From NCBI GenBank assembly GCA_035250975.1, contig DATFEP010000052.1, positions 1 to 19,339 of the forward strand: 19,339 nucleotides of DNA, read 5' to 3'. The notes below the pieces were generated by a model. The model was given only the letters and a program-made list of their open reading frames with translations. It did not search any database and had not been told where the DNA came from. A program made the translations under genes and the position numbers. This stretch comes from Nitrososphaeraceae archaeon. GTDB lineage: Archaea; Thermoproteota; Nitrososphaeria; Nitrososphaerales; Nitrososphaeraceae. This document shows positions 1 to 8,476 of this stretch, piece after piece. Numbering within the stretch: the first letter of the stretch is position 1; each line of letters starts with the position of its first letter.

Positions 1-158
1 ATGAATACATAGCAAAATATCCTACACCTGAAGAAGCATCAAAACATACCGTGGAAGCCAAGGTCACAATGCGTCACTTTGAAGACGCAGTAAGAAAGGT
101 AAAGAATCAAAGAGAGATGAAACCTGGAATGAAGAGTGGACTAATTCAATATAGGTAG
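1..158 (+). CDS. cdc48: 3' end (partial) of a probable CDC48/p97-family AAA+ ATPase
   Basis: Frame 3 is open from the window edge to TAG at 156-158: EYIAKYPTPEEASKHTVEAKVTMRHFEDAVRKVKNQREMKPGMKSGLIQYR*. VTMRHFEDAVRKV matches the final helix of the CDC48 D2 domain, and the tail ends in an HbYX-like motif (QYR). Not in the ORF track. Confidence 0.7.
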   Translation, partial: EYIAKYPTPEEASKHTVEAKVTMRHFEDAVRKVKNQREMKPGMKSGLIQYR

Positions 159-185
159 TCTTTAAACTCTTATTTTGTTACCTAT

Positions 186-887
186 ATGATGATTTCATTT
201 ATAGTTTCGGAAAAAGAAATTATATATCTAAAGAAGAAAGAATCAAAACGGGCGTCTAAAATTTCTTTAACTGCAAATATTCACGGTTTTTTTCTTACTG
301 TTCCGAATAAGTTCAGTGAATATAATTTAAAAAAATTTTTAGATGAAAATAAAAACTGGATTTTAAAAAATTATTATAATTATAAAAAAAAAAATATTGA
401 TTACGCAAAAAAATACGAAGATAGATATTTATTATTTTTTGGTAAAAAATTTTATATTAGTATAGTAAAAGATGATTTAGATACTATCATAGTTTCCAAT
501 TCCTTACAAAAAATTACATTCCACGTTCGCAAAAAAAGAAATTATAAACAAAATATAACTAATTGGTACAAAGAACAAACTCGTCTGATAATACACGAAA
601 AACTTGCAGAAATCGGTAAAAAAATGGACATTAGTTACAATAATGTACGAATAAAGAATAATTCTACTACATGGGGAAGTTGTTCTACCAAAAAAAACCT
701 AAATTTTAATCTGTACCTAAGTGCATTTCCACTTGATGTGATTGAATATATAGTAATTCATGAACTGGCTCATATAAAGGAGTTTAACCACTCTCCAAAA
801 TTCTGGCAAATCGTTAAAGAATTCGATCCGCTGTACAAAGAACATATTGAATACATTAAGGATTACAGTGATCTTACAAAATTATAG
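186..887 (+). CDS. YgjP-like (DUF45) zinc metallopeptidase-family protein
   Basis: Carries WGSCS, the HELAH (HExxH) zinc motif and NHSPKFW, all characteristic of DUF45/YgjP proteins. Confidence 0.88.
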   Translation: MMISFIVSEKEIIYLKKKESKRASKISLTANIHGFFLTVPNKFSEYNLKKFLDENKNWILKNYYNYKKKNIDYAKKYEDRYLLFFGKKFYISIVKDDLDTIIVSNSLQKITFHVRKKRNYKQNITNWYKEQTRLIIHEKLAEIGKKMDISYNNVRIKNNSTTWGSCSTKKNLNFNLYLSAFPLDVIEYIVIHELAHIKEFNHSPKFWQIVKEFDPLYKEHIEYIKDYSDLTKL

Positions 888-927
888 TCCAATAATATAA
901 AAAAATTAAATCTTAATGATAAAAATT

Positions 928-1707
928 TTATTGCTTTCTGCCTTTTCTATATCCATGAGTAAATCCTGAATCATAAACCTTTGAAAACTGGTATGTAGAA
1001 GGTTGAATTACGTCTCCAACAATTATTAATGCAGTTTTGATTATTTTTTCCTTTTTAGTTTTTTCTGCAATATCTTCGAGAGTTCCTTTAATTATTTTTT
1101 CCTCTTTCCATGTAGCCTTGTAAATTATAGCAACAGGAGTCTTGGCGGTATATACTCCTCCTTTTAGTAATTCGGCAACGACATCTTTTATTAAATGGAC
1201 ACTTAAATAAAAAACCATTGTAGCTCCATGTTTAGCTAATTCCGAAATTTTTTCTCTATCTGGAACTGGAGTTCTGAATTCTGCTCTGGTTATAATTACA
1301 GTTTGAGTAATTCCTGGTAATGTCAATTCTAAGTTTATTGATGATGCTGCCCCTAGTATCGCAGTAATTCCTGGAATTACTTTACATCTTACTCCATCTT
1401 TTTCTAATTTATCAATTTGTTCTCTTATTGTACTAAATAATCCAGGATCCCCATCATGAAATCTTATGGCCAATTTACCTTGTTTTGTATTGTCTCTTAA
1501 AATTCTAAAAATTTTTTCCCTATCTAACAATGCTGCATCATATAACATCGCATCCTTCTTAGCATACCTTAGAATTTCCGGGTTCAACAAAGAGCCGGAG
1601 TAAATCACTATATCTGCATTTTCTAAAATATTCTTAGCCTTTATGGTAATTAATTCAGGATCACCAGGACCAGATCCAACAAAATAAACAAAATTATTCT
1701 CTATCAT
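928..1707 (-). CDS. cbiF: Cobalt-precorrin-4 C11-methyltransferase (CbiF/CobM)
   Basis: Tetrapyrrole methylase N-terminus VYFVGSGPGDPELIT, plus YSGSL, HDGDP, ELTLPGITQTVIITR and YKATW motifs. Overlaps cbiL by 14 bp. Confidence 0.95.
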   Translation of the reverse strand: MIENNFVYFVGSGPGDPELITIKAKNILENADIVIYSGSLLNPEILRYAKKDAMLYDAALLDREKIFRILRDNTKQGKLAIRFHDGDPGLFSTIREQIDKLEKDGVRCKVIPGITAILGAASSINLELTLPGITQTVIITRAEFRTPVPDREKISELAKHGATMVFYLSVHLIKDVVAELLKGGVYTAKTPVAIIYKATWKEEKIIKGTLEDIAEKTKKEKIIKTALIIVGDVIQPSTYQFSKVYDSGFTHGYRKGRKQ

Positions 1708-2419
1708 TTCTTTTTACCACCATTATAGAGAAGTATTTTTGACTTGGTTGTTTTTTTCCTTTTAATTCTCCAAGATTTTTTATCTCAAGTATGTTTCCGT
1801 CAACTGATACGTCTTGAGCTATTGCTATTTTGGAGTTATCAGGAAATCCTGTTTCTGAAAGCATTTCTATAACATTATCAAAATATCTTCCATCTTTCAG
1901 GAATACTATTGTATCTGAACTTCTTGCAGTATTTCTCACTTTATTCAGATCATAACATGCTGGCACTATGGAAAGATTTTCATCTCCTTCTACCAAACTC
2001 ATTTTAGCTTCGGCTGCAAAAGCAAAGATGGATGGAATACCCGGAATTATTTCTACCTCAATGTCAGGGTGATTTCTTCTTAGTTCTCTGTGTATGTAAA
2101 TCCAAGTACTGTATATTGATGGGTCTCCCACAGTCAGATAAAGAGTTCTCTTTCCATTTCGTACGACATTTGCGATTTCGTCTGCATTGACTTTCCAATA
2201 TTCCTTTAAGGAATTTCTATCCTTTACCATTGGAAAGATTAAATTTTTTATTATTGCTTTCTTATCAATATATTTTTCAACTATTGATAGTACAATACTA
2301 TTTTTATCAGGTTTTGTAGTTGGAACGAAGATTACCTCAGCATCTCTAATTAATTTAAAAGCCTTTAAAGTTATTAGTTCTGGATCGCCTGGACCGCAAC
2401 CGATACAAAAAAGTTTCAT
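1694..2419 (-). CDS. cbiL: Cobalt-precorrin-2 C20-methyltransferase (CbiL/CobI)
   Basis: Motifs GCGPGDPELITLKA, FPM, LTVGDPSIYSTW and IIPGIPS; lies between cbiT and cbiF. Confidence 0.93.
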   Translation of the reverse strand: MKLFCIGCGPGDPELITLKAFKLIRDAEVIFVPTTKPDKNSIVLSIVEKYIDKKAIIKNLIFPMVKDRNSLKEYWKVNADEIANVVRNGKRTLYLTVGDPSIYSTWIYIHRELRRNHPDIEVEIIPGIPSIFAFAAEAKMSLVEGDENLSIVPACYDLNKVRNTARSSDTIVFLKDGRYFDNVIEMLSETGFPDNSKIAIAQDVSVDGNILEIKNLGELKGKKQPSQKYFSIMVVKRNDRE

Positions 2420-2474
2420 CGAACGTTATTGAGGAATGAGCTATTTAAATGATGAAATATTATAGATGTCTATT

Positions 2475-3068
2475 TTAAGATTTTTTTGTAGCAGAAATTA
2501 TCAAGACCGGATTTCGAGCCAACATCATAGTTCCTGTAGATGTATTCCTTCCTTTTAGGATTGATATCTGTGTAAAATCAATATCTTTCATAAGATCAGA
2601 TTCTTTCATCGTTTTCATAGCTCTAAACATCGTCTCCACTAGAATAGTACATATTACAAGCCTACCATTTTTTTCAAGTTTACTTATTGCTTGGTTTATG
2701 ATTTTTTCTGTTTCTCCTGTAGTTCCACCAACTACTATTGCATTAACATTAGGAAAAGAATCTAGTAAATCCTGCGCTTTTCCATGAATGACATTTGCAT
2801 AAACATTAAACCTTCTTAAATTTTCTTTTGTTAAATCTATTGCTTTTTGGTCAAAATCTATTGCATAAACATTTCCTCTCATGCATTGTAAACAGAGTTC
2901 AACAGTTATACTTCCGCTTCCACTTCCAATGTCAATTACATCATAATTTTCTTTTAACCTAAGCTTGCTTATAATTATCGATCGAACTTCTTCTTTTGTA
3001 ATAGGAACTTCTTCGGTTCGTGAAAAAAGTTCATCAGGTATCCCTGCCGTTTTATAATTCCACAACAT
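2475..3068 (-). CDS. cbiT: Cobalt-precorrin-6B C15-methyltransferase (decarboxylating), stand-alone CbiT
   Basis: Motifs GIPDELF, PITKEEVR, SAM motif DIGSGSGSITVE and C-terminal ARNPV; no fused CbiE domain. Confidence 0.93.
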   Translation of the reverse strand: MLWNYKTAGIPDELFSRTEEVPITKEEVRSIIISKLRLKENYDVIDIGSGSGSITVELCLQCMRGNVYAIDFDQKAIDLTKENLRRFNVYANVIHGKAQDLLDSFPNVNAIVVGGTTGETEKIINQAISKLEKNGRLVICTILVETMFRAMKTMKESDLMKDIDFTQISILKGRNTSTGTMMLARNPVLIISATKKS

Positions 3069-3085
3069 TTTTCTTTCCTGTTTAT

Positions 3086-3397
3086 TTATGATGCTAGATC
3101 TTGATGTAAGCCAGTATACATCATTATCATAAACAATAACAAAAGGAAAATGAAAGGAAATATTCCATTCATGATGAATTTTCTTTTTTCCGACTTTGGA
3201 ATATTATTTGTGATTTTCTTTGAGGTAAAATATGAAATCATATAAAAGAGTATTCCCATAAGAATTATTATTCCCAATACCGTTGATTGTGCAGTACCAG
3301 GAGCTATTATAGCACCTATGGTTAATCCAGCAATAACTCCTAAAATTGCCCTCATGTAATAAATTTTATCTGTTGAATCCAAACGATTTATTTTCAT
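3086..3397 (-). CDS. Small 3-TM membrane protein, EMC6/Rab5ip(OPTI)-like
   Basis: Three hydrophobic segments. IYYMRAILGVIAG and NGIFPFIFLLLLFMIMMYTGLH resemble TM1 and TM3 of EMC6/C20orf24-type proteins. The gene itself is well supported; the family call is by eye. Confidence 0.6.
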   Translation of the reverse strand: MKINRLDSTDKIYYMRAILGVIAGLTIGAIIAPGTAQSTVLGIIILMGILFYMISYFTSKKITNNIPKSEKRKFIMNGIFPFIFLLLLFMIMMYTGLHQDLAS

Positions 3398-3491
3398 TTA
3401 ATAAAACTAAGTTTAATTCCTTCCGGTCCTTAACTAATTTTTTTTGCAAATCTTCTTTTTTAGTTAATATTTAGCTTTGATATTTTACTTG

Positions 3492-5471
3492 ATGTTGGAA
3501 TTATCCAGTATCGAATTACGTTATATCGTTAATCATATCAACGATAAATTATTGGATGGGTATTATGTTAGTCAGATTTCAGGAATTACCAAGGATTCGT
3601 TCACAATTAAATTGCATCATTCCGTCCATCCCGATATTATCCTAATGATATCTGTCAAGGGAATTTGGATATCGCAAATAGGATTTCGACAATTAGAAGA
3701 AAACAACTTTGTTAAGAATATGAAAAAGGAATTGGAACGATCTCGAATTCTGACTTTGGAACAATTAGATTCAGAGAGAATAATAACTATAAAATTTGCT
3801 GACTATGATGGAAACATCAGATTACTTATTTGTGAATTTTTTGGAAACGGAAATATTATTTTGTGTGAGGAAAAAATGAATATTATCTCCATTCTGACGC
3901 CTCTCGAGGTGCGTCATAGACTATTGCGAGTTGGAATGAGGTACGTTCCTCCTCCTTCTCGAGGTCTAGACATATTTCAAATATCTTATTCTGATATCAT
4001 ATCAGAAATAAATGAGGGAAACACAAACTTGGATGTAGCAAGATGGTTAGGAAGGATTTTTTCATTTCCTAAAAAGTTCTCAGAAGAAATTCTATCTCGT
4101 AGTAATATTCAGTGTAAAAAAATTAGCGAGCTATCAGAAGATGAACTTCGTATAATTTTTACCAATATTCAAGGTTTAATTGATGAAGTGCTTGATGACA
4201 CCAAACATGAACCAGTAATCATTTTAGATCAAGAAAACACTCCAATTATTGCATCGCATAGAAAGTTATCCAATATGAAAGATCTGAATGTCTGTTCGAC
4301 AAATTCTTTCATGGATGCAATAGACCGAGTATTAAGCAATGAAATAATGAATATTGGGAAAAAAATCTTTACACACGAAATAGATAAAAAAGTTGTCATT
4401 CTTGAGCATGATCTCATCGAACAGGATAAAGCAAAACAACGAGTATTAGCAAAATCAAATTCAATTAGAAAGCTGGCATTAGAACTAATGCAAATTTCCT
4501 CTTCAAGCATTTTAGACCTTGAAAGTTTACTAAAAAAATATTCTGGCAAGATATTGTTAGAAAAAGGAAAAAAATATTTACAAATTATGGATGAACAAAT
4601 TCCTCTTGAAGCGAATATCCCAAAGGTTTCATCACAATTGTATGCTCGAGCAAAGGAATTGGAACGCGGTGGTGAAAAAATAGATACACTTAGATCTAAA
4701 ATATTAACTGAAATAAATGACCTGAAGAAAAGGACATCAATAGCAGAAAAAAACCTCAAATTTAAGAAACAAAAATCAAAAGAATGGTTTGAACGATATC
4801 GCTGGTTTTTAACATCTGGAGGTTTCTTAGTCATAGGTGGTAGAGACACATCCTCAAATTCTGCAATAATTAGAAAACATATGACAGATCAGGATATTGT
4901 GTTTCATGCTGAAATACATGGCTCTCCTTTTTTCCTAATAAAAAATTTAAATTCCACCTCAACTTCGATTGAACAAAACGATCAAAATATCCTTGACACG
5001 GCAACAGCAACAATTTCTTTTAGTAGAGCATGGCGGGAAGGATTGTCTACGGCAGATGCATATTGGGTATTTCCAAATCAAGTGAAAAAAGGTGCACCTA
5101 CAGGACAATTTCTTCCGAAAGGCTCATTTGTAATAGAAGGAAAAAGAAATTATATAAAGGGAATAAATCTAAAGTTGACATTCGGAGTTTTCAAAGAACA
5201 GGATTCGTATAATTTTATCTGTGGACCACAAAATTCTGTAAAGATAAAATCTATAATTTACGTTATCTTATTGCCAGGAGGAATCGATCCAATGAACGCA
5301 GCGAAAAAATTAAAGACAGAATTAATCAAGTATTTGGATAAAATCAACAAGGAAAAGAACGATACCTTAATTGAATTCTTAAAACAAACTTCAGTCGATG
5401 ATATAATAAGATTATTACCACCAGGTAAAATGAAGTTATTTTCTATAGAGAAAGGCGATAAATATATCTGA
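3492..5471 (+). CDS. rqc2: Archaeal Rqc2/RqcH (NEMF/FbpA, NFACT family) ribosome quality-control factor
   Basis: NFACT-N region (ERII, CEFFGNGNIIL), coiled-coil middle, and NFACT-R region (WFERYRWF, GGRD, FHAEIHGSPF, GQFLPKGSFVIEGKRN). Start placed at ATG 3492 rather than TTG 3477. Confidence 0.93.
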   Translation: MLELSSIELRYIVNHINDKLLDGYYVSQISGITKDSFTIKLHHSVHPDIILMISVKGIWISQIGFRQLEENNFVKNMKKELERSRILTLEQLDSERIITIKFADYDGNIRLLICEFFGNGNIILCEEKMNIISILTPLEVRHRLLRVGMRYVPPPSRGLDIFQISYSDIISEINEGNTNLDVARWLGRIFSFPKKFSEEILSRSNIQCKKISELSEDELRIIFTNIQGLIDEVLDDTKHEPVIILDQENTPIIASHRKLSNMKDLNVCSTNSFMDAIDRVLSNEIMNIGKKIFTHEIDKKVVILEHDLIEQDKAKQRVLAKSNSIRKLALELMQISSSSILDLESLLKKYSGKILLEKGKKYLQIMDEQIPLEANIPKVSSQLYARAKELERGGEKIDTLRSKILTEINDLKKRTSIAEKNLKFKKQKSKEWFERYRWFLTSGGFLVIGGRDTSSNSAIIRKHMTDQDIVFHAEIHGSPFFLIKNLNSTSTSIEQNDQNILDTATATISFSRAWREGLSTADAYWVFPNQVKKGAPTGQFLPKGSFVIEGKRNYIKGINLKLTFGVFKEQDSYNFICGPQNSVKIKSIIYVILLPGGIDPMNAAKKLKTELIKYLDKINKEKNDTLIEFLKQTSVDDIIRLLPPGKMKLFSIEKGDKYI

Positions 5472-5528
5472 CTCTAATCCTTGAAAATTGTAGTAAAGTA
5501 ATTAAACTAATAAGACAAAATAAAAAAT

Positions 5529-6116
5529 GTGGATGAACGTTTAGGAAGCAAACATCGTGATGCAAATATGCCTACAAAGGTTTTGGTACGTGATATTATG
5601 AACAGTCCTATAATTTCCGCATCTCCTGATTCTAATTTGAAGGAAATCTCAAAAAAAATGAAACAAGAAAGAATAGGCAGTATAATAATTTTCCACGGGG
5701 ACAATCCAGTTGGATTAGTCACTGATTGGGATATAGTTTCAGACGGTCTTTCTAAAGATGTTCTGCCTAGTTCAATAAAAGCATCTGATATTATGAAGAA
5801 ATTACATACTATCGAGGGTGAGGCAACAATTACAGAAGCAGCTAGGATGTTTAGAAAACATAATATCAAGAGACTAGGAGTAGTTTATAAAAATAAAGTC
5901 GTAGGAATCATCTCTGCTTCCGATGTGATTGCAGTAACTCCTGAATTAATCGATGTTGTTTCTGAGAAGTCGGCTCTTTTACGAGGCGAGATAGGACTAC
6001 CTCGTGGTAATATTTCTGGTTATTGTGATGAGTGTGGGGAATGGTCTGATTTATTAGAATATACTGATGGGACGTTTAATTGCGAAGAATGCAGAGGAGA
6101 TTCTTCAGTAGAATAG
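5529..6116 (+). CDS. CBS-pair (Bateman) domain protein with C-terminal CxxC...CxxC zinc ribbon
   Basis: Two CBS repeats (VRDIMNSP...VGLVTDWD; ASDIM...IKRLGVV...VGIISASD) followed by GYCDECGEW...FNCEEC. The true start may be ATG 5568. Confidence 0.9.
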   Translation: MDERLGSKHRDANMPTKVLVRDIMNSPIISASPDSNLKEISKKMKQERIGSIIIFHGDNPVGLVTDWDIVSDGLSKDVLPSSIKASDIMKKLHTIEGEATITEAARMFRKHNIKRLGVVYKNKVVGIISASDVIAVTPELIDVVSEKSALLRGEIGLPRGNISGYCDECGEWSDLLEYTDGTFNCEECRGDSSVE

Positions 6117-6150
6117 AATCGAATAGACAAACATCCATCAAAATTTAACG

Positions 6151-6171
6151 TATTTTTTTCTTTATTCTTTT
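6151..6171 (+). terminator. Possible oligo(T) terminator after the rqc2-CBS genes
   Basis: TATTTTTTTCTTTATTCTTTT lies about 35 bp after the CBS stop. Oligo(T) tracts are typical archaeal terminators but are also common in this AT-rich DNA. Confidence 0.35.
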
Positions 6172-6611
6172 ACCAAAAAATACACATCTGAATTTAAAAG
6201 TCGGTAAATTGCTTTTAGTCAATGAGTTGAACTATTCATAAAGTTTTCGTATGAAAATTAGAAAAGAAAATCCACTATTTTAATAATATTGGAATAGTGA
6301 TTTATTATTGATATCAATAATTAATGATAAATTTGGTACGAACATAGTATTTCTGTTAATTATGTTTAACAAATTTCAATACAGAGTTTCCAACCAAATT
6401 TTATTTAACTTCTGCCAACGGCTCTATAAGAATAGTCATATTGATAATTGCTATTATTAATACTGGAAAAATGTGCTTATTATACATATTACCTATTTAA
6501 AATCTGTTAAATGAATTTATTTTAATTGGCATCTGTTTCCTTTTCTTAAAAAGTAATTTCATTTTCTTTTTTTGTTATATTATCTAAATGGCCTATATGG
6601 TGTCTAATGTT

Positions 6612-7076
6612 TCATATTTCTTCCAAATCATTGATGTCTAATATCCTGGAACAATATTTACATTTTAATACAATGTCTGTCTTATCCAATAACACTATAG
6701 TTGGAATGATATTTTTATCTTCGTTAGTAATACAATTAATATTAGAACACTTAAAAATCCCAGTAATATAATCTGGTACTTGTATTTTACGTTTTTCAGC
6801 TACCTTGTAATTTTTTATAATATTTATTGTTGCATGTGGCGATATGAGTGCAATTCTATCTGTATCTTTGTTCTCTAAGAATTTATTTTCTATTTTTATG
6901 ATATCTTTCTTTTGCCTTTTGCTGCTTGGTACATTTAATGCCACAGTAACTATGTTTCCATCACTTCCAGTAATATTAAGAGTCTTTAGAACATTAAAGG
7001 CCTTTCCAGGATCTATATGATCAATCACGGTTCCTTGTTCTATTCGTCTTACTAAAAGTTGGTTGATCTCGGACAT
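6612..7076 (-). CDS. pyrI: Aspartate carbamoyltransferase regulatory chain
   Basis: Motifs GTVIDHI, KKDIIKIEN and SPHATINII, plus zinc domain CSNINCIT...CKYC. ATG at 7076 follows an in-frame TTG at 7079. Confidence 0.96.
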   Translation of the reverse strand: MSEINQLLVRRIEQGTVIDHIDPGKAFNVLKTLNITGSDGNIVTVALNVPSSKRQKKDIIKIENKFLENKDTDRIALISPHATINIIKNYKVAEKRKIQVPDYITGIFKCSNINCITNEDKNIIPTIVLLDKTDIVLKCKYCSRILDINDLEEI

Positions 7077-7113
7077 CAAGTAAATTAATTTCCATTTTAT
7101 CTATTAAATCTTA

Positions 7114-7141
7114 GTATTTGATATTTAATATTTAATATTTG
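7114..7141. repeat. Four tandem copies of a 7-mer (RTATTTR) in the divergent pyrI promoter region
   Basis: GTATTTG ATATTTA ATATTTA ATATTTG is read directly from the sequence. Confidence 0.55.
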
Positions 7142-7249
7142 ATAGATGGAATGTTTATCCACAAATATAAAATAAACTAACAAGATTCCCAACGTAAAAA
7201 ATATATTATAATTCTTAATATTTTTATATGTTATTTGCTGTACTAACAT

Positions 7250-7558
7250 ATGGAGTCTTGTTCTTATCATAATTCCTTTTTTGACGAAAGATGTGAAAAA
7301 TGTAAGAAAGAATATCTCCTTTTAAAAGGATTAGAAGTGAAGGAAAATTGGTTAATAAAGTCGATAGATGGAATTGGAAAGACAAGAAAACAACATTATA
7401 AAGAGTTTAATGAAGAAAAAGCAAAAGAACTTTATGAAAAATTATTCGTATACTACTTAAAAAAAACAGGAAATGAATATGACGCTTCAAATAAGGCAAA
7501 AACAGTGATAAAGAAACAATGTAATATAAGAAATTTGACTCATTGGTCTTGGTTATGA
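7250..7558 (+). CDS. Hypothetical basic protein with N-terminal C-x2-H-x7-C-x2-C putative zinc finger
   Basis: ATG start with TTTATAT about 25 bp upstream; sequence CSYHNSFFDERCEKC followed by a Lys/Glu-rich helical region. Confidence 0.7.
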   Translation: MESCSYHNSFFDERCEKCKKEYLLLKGLEVKENWLIKSIDGIGKTRKQHYKEFNEEKAKELYEKLFVYYLKKTGNEYDASNKAKTVIKKQCNIRNLTHWSWL

Positions 7559-7750
7559 ATTCAGTGTTCCTATGTACACAAAATTAGAGAATCTTGAGAC
7601 AATTTCGGAATAATTAACATGGATTATAAGTACTATTGTTCCAATATTGATTTCTGAATGCAAATTTATAGATATTTAAGTGGAAGTGTTAAAAACGTTC
7701 TATATCTTTAACTTACAAAAATTGCATGATCTAATTTAAGAATTCTTATA

Positions 7751-8476
7751 TTAGCAATTATATCTGATACCTTTTTTACAATAACCATTTTTTACTGTAT
7801 ATGATATACATCCGTCTCTAATTTTCACCTCTTCAAATGAAATGGGATATTCTCTTCCAAAACCATCTTTGTTTGGTATCAGCGAATTATGTGGCACGAA
7901 CGTTATCGATTCGTTGTCTTGTTTATCCTCATAACCAAACATAATTTGGGAGATTTCTACTCCATACCTAATCGGATACGGAAAAGATCCTGTTTTGTTC
8001 CACCATTCAATTCCTGTAAACTGATTTAACATTTTATAGTTAAAATCAATTCCCTTCAAATCATAGTAAAAAATTTCAATTTTATCTGTTGTTTTATCTT
8101 TTAGAATATAGTCAATTCTGTGATTGTTTTTATTAATTAATATTACACGTTGATATGAATGTCCAATTACTGGAAAAATTTCTCTAAATCTGTATCTATT
8201 TTTGCCTAAAAAAATTGCTTCAAAATAGCTCTGGTTATCGAATTGGCAAATCAAGTTTAATTCTATCGCATGATTTTGTATGTTAAACAGTTCTAAGAGG
8301 TAAAGCATCCATGATTTATCCGGAATGCTGTTTCCTTGATCATCTATAATTTTGATGTTATCTGATATTGCTACACTGTTATATGGAAAATATAATTTCC
8401 TGTTATTTTCGATGTCGTTAATTTTACAGAGGGAACCTAACCAATAATGCAAGTTATTGTTTATTTCAACAGTCAC
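7751..8476 (-). CDS. Hypothetical beta-rich protein
   Basis: A 241-codon ORF with GTG start in very AT-rich DNA, far longer than expected by chance; alternating beta-strand patterns and no signal peptide. Confidence 0.75.
   Translation of the reverse strand: MTVEINNNLHYWLGSLCKINDIENNRKLYFPYNSVAISDNIKIIDDQGNSIPDKSWMLYLLELFNIQNHAIELNLICQFDNQSYFEAIFLGKNRYRFREIFPVIGHSYQRVILINKNNHRIDYILKDKTTDKIEIFYYDLKGIDFNYKMLNQFTGIEWWNKTGSFPYPIRYGVEISQIMFGYEDKQDNESITFVPHNSLIPNKDGFGREYPISFEEVKIRDGCISYTVKNGYCKKGIRYNC

Noticed and set aside
2187-2432. 81-aa plus-strand ORF
   Set aside because: Antisense shadow of cbiL with no motifs.
2449-2510. ATGATGA resembling a C/D-box sRNA box C
   Set aside because: No CTGA box D at a suitable distance.
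4229-4849. 206-aa minus-strand ORF
   Set aside because: Antisense to the rqc2 coiled coil, with the Phe/Ser-rich composition typical of shadow frames.
5030-5212. 60-aa alternative-frame ORF
   Set aside because: Nested in the conserved NFACT-R region of rqc2; no independent support.
5507-5869. 120-aa minus-strand ORF
   Set aside because: Antisense shadow of the CBS gene.
6310-6439. Interrupted minus-strand frame MTILIEPLAEVK*NLVGNSVLKFVKHN*...
   Set aside because: Could be a decayed gene, but no recognisable motif supports a pseudogene call.
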